The notes beneath the pieces are model-generated. The model searched no databases, had not been told where the DNA came from, and saw nothing but the letters and a program-made list of their open reading frames with translations. 64,000 bases of DNA, taken from assembly GCA_050273025.1 (NCBI GenBank), contig CP158635.1, positions 17,112,001 through 17,176,000 on the forward strand. Direction: 5' to 3'. Source of the DNA: Cenococcum geophilum. Taxonomy: Eukaryota. The position numbers and the translations under genes are program-made. Positions 55,155-64,000 of this stretch are shown one piece after another. Numbering within the stretch: the first letter of the stretch is position 1; every line of letters starts with the position of its first letter.

Positions 55155-55404
55155 TAGAGCTTCGTATAGAGCCTCTATATATAGAGCTTCGCGTAGAGCC
55201 TCGTGCAGAGCCTCTATACGTAGAGCTTCGTGTAGAGCTTCGTATAGAGCTTCGTACAGAGCCTCGTGCAGAGCATCTATATACAGAGCTTCGTGCAGAG
55301 CCTCTATCGCAGAGCTTCGTGCAGAGCTTCGTGCAAAGCCTCGTATAGAGCCTCGTGCAGAGCCTCTATCACAGAGCTTCGTGTAGAGCTTCGTGTAGAG
55401 CCTC
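55155..55404. repeat. Minisatellite of the same ~12-bp family as 3870-4147
   Basis: GCAGAGCTTCGT/AGAGCCTCGT units. Confidence 0.85.
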
Positions 55405-56461
55405 TTAAGTATATAACTTAAAAATAATATATTATATTACCTTAATTATATATTAAGGAATATATAAGTTAGTTAACTGCGTGTTATTTAACTTTTAAAT
55501 ATATTAAGTTGGTTAATTATAGGTTAATTATAGGTTAATTACGTATTATTTAACTTTTAAATATATTAAGTTGGTTAACTGCGTGTTATTTAACTTTTAA
55601 ATGTATTAAGTTGGTTAACTATGTGTTATTTAACTTTTGAATGTGTTAAGTTGGTTAACTGCATATTAATTACGCGAAACGCGCTTAACAAAGTTAACTT
55701 GAAACCCAGCCTGCGAATATTTTCCCGATGTGTATTTTGGGGTGGCTTAAGTAGTGGGGTGGCTCGAGCGGGTGGCTCGGACGTTATGCCTAAACGAGAT
55801 ATAAAGCAACAGGGATGTATATAACTATTCTATTAGTTATATAAGTTATAATTACTATATAATCTAACTAATCATAATTATAATTAATCTTTTGATTATG
55901 ATTACACGTTTATAATTAATATAATCACCTAGGGTAAGAATAGGTAGGAATAGAATATAGTAATAAAGCTTTAGTGTTAAGAAAGTTATTTATTAATTTT
56001 CCTACTATATAGTCGGCGCTAACTAAAAAGCGTTGAGCCAGCTGTTTTATATATAAAAAACGTCCGTGTGGGCTTTCTTAAAAAGACTTTATATATGCGC
56101 CTACGTGTTAGTGTATATTATCTAGAGTTCCATTTTAATCACCATTTACTTGTATTTACACCTACTTACCTAATTAGGAAATTAGTATATAATCAATGTA
56201 ATCGATCAGAATTAGGTGCGGTGATTTTATAATAATCAAAATCAATGGGCTGATTACGATTACGTTGATTATATGCATCCCTGCAGAGCAACAGGAAAAG
56301 GTCGGGCATACTTTCCATGCCTTCAAGCCGACCATCCAGGCTTTTAATAGAATGTAGGGCTGCTTATAAAATTTGACAGAGGACATGCGTACATGAAGTC
56401 AGCAACTCAGCTCTCTGCTTTTAGGCTAGAGAACGTAGCCCTCAACGCTATCAAATCTACC

Positions 56462-57382
56462 ATGCACACAGCCCAAGTCACCTCATGGGGTCAGCCTCCC
56501 CAATACCTAGAAATCGATCCTCCAGTACCACCAGCGCCAGAATCCGGCGACATCCAGATCAACGTCTCCGCCATAGGCCTGCACCGTGTAGTCCGCTCTC
56601 GCGCCGCTGGAATACACTACTCCAGCAAAGCTCTCCCGCACACGCCCGGCACCGATGGCGTTGGGCACACCTTAGACGGGCGCACCGTCTACTTCACGAC
56701 ACTTGGTTCCGGCGGAGGCACCTACAGCTCTATCGTAAACGTGCCCGCAGTTTCCGTAACGCCGCTGCCAGAAGGTGTCGACCCGGTCCAGGCAGCCGCG
56801 CTAGTCAATCCAGGCCTCTCGTCATGGATGGCGATGCGCACGCGCACTGCGGAACTGCCGGCTAACTTCTCGGTTGTAGTAATGGGCGCAACGTCTGCGT
56901 CTGGTGCTATTGCCATCGAGCTGGCGCGCGTGCTGGGTGCGGGTAGAGTCATTGGCGTTGCGCGCAGCGAGGAGAAGCTCGCGGCGTTGGACTTCGACGG
57001 TACTATTCTGCTCCGCTCTCCAGCTGCTGAAACGGACTTCTCGGGTCTTGGAGATGTAGATCTGATTCTGGACTATGTTTATGGCCCCCCGGCCGCGCAT
57101 CTGCTTCAATCCTTGAAGTCGTCCCGTCCAGTGCAGTATGTGCACATTGGAGCTCTAGATCCTAACGAGATGAGCCTCCCCGGCTCTGTTCTGAGATCTA
57201 AGAACCTCATTATCCGCGGGTCTGGGCTTGGGAGCTGGACTCCTCAGCAAGTAGACGCTGAGATTCCGGGACTCCTAGTGGCTATCAAGGGGATTAAGAA
57301 ACAGGAAGTGAAGGTCGTGCCCTTGAGCCAAGTAGAGAACGCGTGGAATGAAAAGGGAGAGCGGACAGTGTTTGTTCCGTAG
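56462..57382 (+). CDS. MDR-family (quinone oxidoreductase-like, probably Zn-independent) oxidoreductase
   Basis: MHTAQVTSWG, LPHTPGTDGVG, AAALVNPGLSSWMA, VVMGATSASG, DLILDYVYG. Intronless; an alternative start exists at 56393. Confidence 0.85.
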   Translation: MHTAQVTSWGQPPQYLEIDPPVPPAPESGDIQINVSAIGLHRVVRSRAAGIHYSSKALPHTPGTDGVGHTLDGRTVYFTTLGSGGGTYSSIVNVPAVSVTPLPEGVDPVQAAALVNPGLSSWMAMRTRTAELPANFSVVVMGATSASGAIAIELARVLGAGRVIGVARSEEKLAALDFDGTILLRSPAAETDFSGLGDVDLILDYVYGPPAAHLLQSLKSSRPVQYVHIGALDPNEMSLPGSVLRSKNLIIRGSGLGSWTPQQVDAEIPGLLVAIKGIKKQEVKVVPLSQVENAWNEKGERTVFVP

Positions 57383-57813
57383 GTCGGAGTATGAATAGAG
57401 CGTCTATTGGCAGGACTTTGTACATCCCCTTGCATACAAGCATACCAAAATTGAAATAAGTCTATTGTTCTTGGATCATCTAACATTCGTACATGCAAAT
57501 AGTTGACTTTGATGGCTAACGTTAGGGCACACCAGGAATCAATAAAAATTCTTTCTACGAACGCTACTGTCCTGTCTGTATCTATGTTTAAATTAGTTCA
57601 CTAGCTCGGTCATTGCTCCATTAGGAGTTTCCATAAGCATGGCATACATTACCGTAAAGCTTAGTTCCTTTGGCTCTAGTGGACGTTAACATGGTTCACA
57701 AATCTCTAGGTTCAATTCGAAAGCCGGGAACTACTAGGGTAGAGTATGCCTCCTCTAATTAGCCCGAGAACGTCGAAATTTATCTATCGAGCTCTTCATC
57801 TAACCCTAATTCT

Positions 57814-59330
57814 TTACTGCACCCTCCTGCCTAACCTCTGGACTTGCCACTCTTGCCACACTCCCATCCTCCTCGTACCACCGACCCCAGACTTCGGGTC
57901 CACGACGCTGCTCCTCCTCCTAGCCGCAGCAACGAGTTCCGGATGCTGCTCCGTCAACTTAGCAAAGTTCTCCTCCGCATCCCAGACCCACGGCCTGTCC
58001 GCAGCGAATAGGAGATCCATTCCCTCCAGCGTGCACTGGTTACCCTCAGGGTACAGCGCCCAACCCATTGGGGGGGTGATGATATTGCTCGCGCCAAAAA
58101 TATAGAGTCTTCTCGCCGACCACGTTGAACATAACTGGGCAAAGTAGTGTGAGCCAGCCGTTGCCGATACTCCAGCCTACAACACCCCATGCATTACCTT
58201 TGGCTCGGACCTCCAGTGGAAAGATCTCGGCCGGGTACAGCCATGGGACAGTTAACCAGGTAGCGCCGAAGACGGAGGTGAAGATGTATACGAACGCTGC
58301 GGCTGCAGCACCGTATGCGGCGGCGGCGAAGTCATCACTAGCTGCTTTGGTGTCGAGACCGCTGCGGGCCATGCCACCGGCAAGAAACATGGCAATGCCT
58401 TAGCCTACGGCGCCCCAGGAAAGTGTCCATTGGCGGCCGATACGGTCAAGAGCGAAGACGTAGATGAGCGTTGAGAACATGTAGAAGATGTTGTTGAGAC
58501 TGTTAATCCACTGGCTCTTCTGAGAATTGAAGCCTGCAATGCGGAAGATTGTTGGAGCATCTGGGAGGAGCCATGCTAGTACCATAATTTAAAAATTGTC
58601 TTGATACTTACAAATGGTGACGCCCGCAATGCCAACCCATTCCTGTAGAATTTGCAGCCAGATTACTAGTTGCACTCTGCGGCCTGTATGAAGCTTTCCT
58701 GCATCAATGCTAAAGAGCATGTGGAAATAAGAATTCTTCTGAAGTTTGAGTCTCGAGCTGGACAATGTTTTTGATATCTTGGAACTCTGCTTCTGCTTTG
58801 CCTCCGTCGCCAGTCTTGCCTTGGAGTCTTCCGAGAATATAGCGGGCTTCTTCATGCCGGCCAGCCTTGACAGGCCAGCACGAGGATTCTAGGAAGAACC
58901 AGACGGCACCGAATAAGATTAAAAGTGGGATAATTGAAATGCCATGGGGAATCTCCAGCGGATGGCTAATCGTCATCCATCAATATATAAAAAGCCACTG
59001 ATGCAAGTTAATAAAAGGTCCTCGAAGAAAACCAATGTAACCTACAATTCGAGCCAGTAGACCACAACCACACCAAAGATGTTAAGTGTGAGCTCAATGG
59101 TAATGAATTGACCTCGAGAAGTGTGTTCAGCGGTTTCTGTGGCCTTGGATAACGTTAGAGTTGATACTTTCTCCAATACGATAACAGCCACCTAGCCAAA
59201 CGGGAACAATGGCGTTCAATATGCCAGTGCCAATACCATTAACAGCGCGTGCTGCATTCAGTCAGATTTATTACATGCATTGCAAAGCAGGAGAGCATAC
59301 CACAAATCATCCAGTCATGATTATTTTGTC
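57814..59330 (-). pseudogene. MFS sugar transporter, frameshifted and fragmented
   Basis: Sugar-porter motifs (ETAEHTSRGQFI, LQILQEWVGI, DRIGRQ, WLYPAEIFPLEVRAKG) are spread over several frames with stops and no explanatory introns. Confidence 0.8.
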
Positions 59331-59495
59331 AAACGATTTGTATTGCCTGCCTGGGGAGAGTTCACACGAGAAGTAATTCCAAGAGCACTTCAGGAAAAAT
59401 CAATCGATTAAAACAGTGTCCTGGTATTATCTACCACTCCGGGAGTGGGTGTTTCGATGCTGGGCTCCAAGCATCAAAAGCATTCCATGCGTTTA

Positions 59496-61321
59496 TTATT
59501 CAAAAGCATATGGTACTGCATCCGGACCAAATAACAAATGTGGCTTCCTCTGCGCTAAATCCAGAACTGTCTGAGCGAAAACCGAGTTCGCCCACGCAAA
59601 CCAACTGCCTAAAAAGCCGCAATTATGAGTTAAGTAGTCCAATATATAAGGAACAGATGAGAGGTAAAGACTTACGCGTGTAATCCCTCAACATATTCAC
59701 ATTAACGCTTTCATGCACTAATCCTAGCTTACACGAACTCCTCACCATCTTCAAACATTTTTCAATCTCTTCATCATCGTCGCTTGTCATAGCTTGGACG
59801 AGGACGCTCATCGGCCAGGCATGCTGAAGTCCAATATGTGGACCACCAATGCCCTGGAAATCCTTCCCCTCGAGAAAATAAGGGTTGCCGGATCGCTCGA
59901 GAATCATCTTGCGTGTGTTCTGGTACGTTTTGTCGCTTGCTTCCACGAAACCAAGTAGTGGGAGAGCGAGAAGTGACGGCAGGTTTGCATCGTCCATCAG
60001 GATCGATGAACCAAAGCCATCAACTTCGAAGGCGAAGACAGGGCCATACTTCTTGTGGCGCACAACAGCATGTTCCCAGATACCATTCTCTATGCTGACG
60101 CCACGGTTCCAAAGCAAGGTCGAGAGCTTCTTCTGGCCCACCTTCTTGAGCATCGTGGCGCAGCGCTTCAATTCCACTGCCATCATTGCGTTCGAGGGGA
60201 TGAAAAAGCCTAGGATTGTTGCATCGTCACTAGGTCGGAAGGCGCTGCGGATTAGCCCAGTGCCACCATTGAGTGGGTTGCCAACGCCGGCAAGGTTGAG
60301 CGTTTCCGTTCCAGTGTTCGTCTTGCGTTGGAAGGTATACTCATTCCTTTGAAACTTGCCAGTATCATCGTTAAAGGTAGGCTTCTCTTGGCCTTTGAGA
60401 ACGTCCATGATCGTCTCGAGAGCAAGATACCATCGTGGGGTTAGAAAATCGGTCGAACCGGTGTGATTGTAGAACTGATTTGTCAAGGCTAGAAAATGGG
60501 CTAGGGAGTCTAGTTCGTATTTGCATTCAAAAACAAAGGAGGGTTCATAGGCTGGATGCACTTCGTCCTCGCCGCCGGTGTAGGTCGGGTTGAGGCCACT
60601 TGGTGGGGGAGGTTGGAAGGCATTGCAGTACGGGGAGCCAATGACGTATTCTACTTGCGTATTGATAGCACCAAGGATGAGGTTCTTAATTGTTTTGTCC
60701 TTCTTGGCCAAAATCTGGTACTGAGCCAACTGATTTGTAGAATCCCGCAACCATTCCGCATTGATGTCTCCCGTTACAATGAAGCTTTGAGCACCTTCCC
60801 ATTTCCCTTCACTATTCTCATTCTTCGAGCCCCGTTTTTTGCCTTTCTTTTTCTCTGTGCCGTTGACGTGCCATCGTACTGTAGTATCTAGAGTATTCGG
60901 AAACGCATTCTCGAAGATCCGCGCAAGGTCCTTGTCCACCATCTTCTCATTCATGTATTCTATGACCTCCTCTACAAGAGGAGATTCGAAAGTGCGGCAG
61001 TGTCGTGATGGTCGCTGAAATGGGAGCTTCATTGGGCCCTGGCTGTATGGAGGACTGTTGAAACGAGATGGTTAGAACTAGTTTTCTAGTAATTTGAGGA
61101 GCTGTAACATACTGCATCCGCATGGCATAATTCTTGTAATCTGGACACACTGCCAAATACTTTGACTTATCCACAGAGCCCTTCAGTAATTCTTGTTGGC
61201 CTCTTATTTCTGGATCGACCGACCCTGCGTGGAGGTCAGCACCGACAGAATTTGTGAATGATCCAAGAAACATGGTGCTGCCAAAGAAGAGCAGGAAGGC
61301 CCGAGATGCTGCTCTAGACAT
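59496..61321 (-). CDS. GH125 (DUF1237) exo-alpha-1,6-mannosidase-like protein, 3 exons
   Basis: N-terminal signal/anchor, FPNTLDTT, TGDINAEWLRDS, KYELDSL, FRPSDDA, MDDANLPSLL, LVHES, and last exon WFAWANS...YAFE*. Confidence 0.92.
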
Positions 61322-61751
61322 TTTTGTGAGTGGGGAGTGCAGTTCTGAGGGTGGGTTGAACTGTGGTCTTTATAGCCACGCAGTGCCTCAACGGAGGTGC
61401 CCAGATGCCGCTGGGGTCCCGACAGAAGGATAAAAGGATGCGGCGCGAGGCACGTAAGGAGGCGATGCTACGCTCAAGTTAAAAGTTCCTGCATCCCGTT
61501 TCACACTTTCAAAAGATGCACTGGCTGAATGAATTTTGGTTTGCCGATAAGGAGACATTAATGTTGGCAGGTCTCCGGTATGGGAGTTTCGAATAGATGT
61601 ACATTTGGCGTATGCGTTGGCGTATGCGTTAGCGTATTCAAAACTGCATACAATCCTTGGCGTTCCGTTTTTCGCGTGCAGTAAGCGTTTGGGCCGGCTC
61701 GTGCACGGTTCAGCGAGCTCAGACGTGATTTTTTTGGCTAGCGTCGGAATA

Positions 61752-62470
61752 ACGTAACAGCCACCCGATCGAGCCACCTAAAATTACGCTTACCTCAGCA
61801 AGCTCAGACCATAGAATCAATTAGCGGACATACGTATATCCGCAAGCGGATATCGCTAACCTTTTTTGTCAAAAAGTTAATTCTATAGTCTAAGGGACTT
61901 ATGTAAGGTTTCTTAGGCGATCCGACTTATTTTATATATAAAGCAGTTACCTTCTTTAACGAAATTAATTTACACCCCTATAATAGCTATTATCTTAAAA
62001 ATACCGTTAAACTAATCCGTAGGAGTAGCTCTATAATCCATTAATATATCTACCCTATTAGCCCCTATAATGTTAAGTAGAAAGTGCCACTAAACGGGTA
62101 ATATATTAATAATTAACTTGCCCGCCCTTACTATAAATATAACACTAGTTAACTGGCGGACGCCTATCTAAACGCTAGCTAGAGCATTTGCTAAGTGGAT
62201 ATTACGCCCAGTAATAAAGGAAAAAAAGGTTAAAGTTATTATAGAGTATTTATAGGACTGGGGATAGTCCTTTAGCAAACTTTCTTTAGCCTAGCTATAG
62301 TATAGTACTAGTAAAAGATAACACTTAAAAAAAAAGAAGGTAAAGGAGCTTATTATTACCCTTTTAGGGGATAAAGAAACCCGTAATATAATTAAGGAGG
62401 CTATAAATATTTATTTAGAACTAGTTAATATAGTTATAAATATCCTTTATATATTACGGACGCTTTAAGT
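61752..62470. mobile_element. Tc1/mariner-like left TIR followed by a RIP-degraded relic
   Basis: TA|ACGTAACAGCCACCCGATCGAGCCACC, related to the TIR at 52920. Downstream sequence is TpA-rich. Confidence 0.5.
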
Positions 62471-62474
62471 ACAA

Positions 62475-64000
62475 TGTTATAACTACTTAGAGAGGAGTTG
62501 GAAGAAGCTAGTTAGTTAATATAGGTACGGACCAAGATAGAACCCATAGAACTATATAATGAGGAATGGTAAGTAAGTCACATAATAGTTAAACGTATTA
62601 GCTGCGTTAAATAAAAGGGACGTCACGTTTAATATAAATAAGACGTACATTACGTATAAGAAGGATTTTATAGGAGTACGGTTATATATTTAAGGACCCT
62701 TAGTCCCTACCTAGATAGTTCCTTCCTTATAGTAATTCTTAGAATATAATTGGAGTTAATCTATTAGGCAATCACTCCACCAGTTATTATTACGTTGTTA
62801 ACTTTTATACTTGTATTTCCTACACACCTAGCCTAATAACGAGCCCATCGTAGATCTTGCTATAAGGTTCCGTTACACAATTACTACCTAGTTACGGTAT
62901 TAATATAAGAAGTTAAATAATATGCCACTAAAAGCAGCTACTATAACGCCATTAACGGCAGCAACTACTTTAAGGATAGGAGGTGATACTAATATAGTAA
63001 ATACTAACTTACAGTAACCTGTGACGGTTGGATAGCTATAGGAAATAGTTAACTAGCTAATAGCTAATAATATAGTGTTAGAAGAAAGACTTAACGGAAT
63101 AGGAGCAGTAAAGATTAAGCTACTATTAATTAAGAGATTTATAGGGGAGAGGTTAAAGCTTAAAGGATTCCTTACGCAGATATACTTTAAGGTCTTATAA
63201 GAGGGAGTAAAGTTACCTATACCTGTGGATCGGATAGCCTATACAGGACTATTCTTATTAGAAAAAGCACTTAAGTAGTTTAAATTTTACCTTACGGAGA
63301 TATAGGTAAATAGAATGACGACCACTAACTAAGACGTGCGATTTATGTTCTTAAGTTAGGAAGGATTCGCAGAATAACTTATACAGATATTTAGAGACCC
63401 GGAAGAAACAACTATAGTAAAAAGAAAACTCTAGAACCTTATACAATAAACTTTAGTAATTAAGTATATAATATAGTTTTAGACACTAGTAATATAAGTA
63501 GAGTGGAATAATAGGGCGCTTATAGTATAGTATAAACAGGGACTTAAGGCTAAAGTTTAGGACGCGATTATCCTAATAGAAGATATAGATACCCTAAGGG
63601 AACTAATAAATTAGGCGATTAAGATTAATAATTAGATCTACTAAAGGGAATAGGCTAAGAGAGGCTAGGATAAAGTTCTATAGTTATATAAGGCGCAGAG
63701 TATATAATAATAAAAGCTAAGTTAGAAACTATAGTATAGTGTAGAGCTAATAGACCTAAATAGCACTAAAGAAACCTATAAGAAATAAAGCAAACTATAG
63801 AAACCTAGAGGATAAGAATTAAGTAATTAAAGGTCTAAGGAGCAGAGGCTAAATTAGGGATCTTAATAGTAGAAGATATTTAGGCGGACTCTATAGTAAG
63901 AGAAATAGTTTAAAGAAGGAGCTTATATAAATTGCGGAAAATAGGGTTATTATATTAGAGACTATAGAAGTGGATAGAGTTGCTATATAGTAAAGGGTAT
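62475..64000 (+). mobile_element. RIP-degraded Ty3/Gypsy element: 5' LTR (~62475-62877) and gag from 62922, continuing past the window end
   Basis: TGT...ACA-bounded segment, then IKLLLIKRFIGERLKLKGFLTQ and a degenerate CCHC knuckle GAYINCGK*GYYIRDY (~63918-63965) with RIP-type changes. Confidence 0.8.

Larger units (their letters stand above)
52920..55784. mobile_element. Tc1/mariner (Fot1/pogo-like) TIR-bounded non-coding element containing satellite arrays
   Basis: TA|ACGTCCGAGCCACCCGATCGAGCCA ... TGGCTCGAGCGGGTGGCTCGGACGT|TA (24/25 match, TA flanks). Confidence 0.6.

Overview
Filamentous ascomycete genomic DNA, probably a Dothideomycete (inferred from gene content, short GT-AG introns with CTAAC/CTGAC branch sites, and RIP-type TpA-rich transposon relics). 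A gene-rich core lies between RIP-degraded Ty3/Gypsy retrotransposons at both ends. It contains MCM6, a PP2A catalytic subunit, an ULP1-like SUMO protease, EMP24, a GH13 alpha-glucosidase, a GH125 mannosidase, a GMC oxidoreductase and an MDR oxidoreductase. There are three clear pseudogenes (protein kinase, NACHT-WD40 NLR, sugar transporter) and many small DNA-transposon derivatives and satellite arrays. The most striking locus is at 18.5-30.3 kb. An intact 5-exon gene encodes one ~1703-aa protein in which a eukaryotic RNA-dependent RNA polymerase (DxDGD) is fused to a C-terminal UPF1-like SF1 helicase. It sits head-to-head (243 bp) with a small AAA_28/NMP-kinase-like P-loop gene and next to a HeLo-like/NACHT/WD40 NLR, which makes it a candidate RNA-silencing/antiviral module. 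All exon models and domain calls were made by eye, without database searches.
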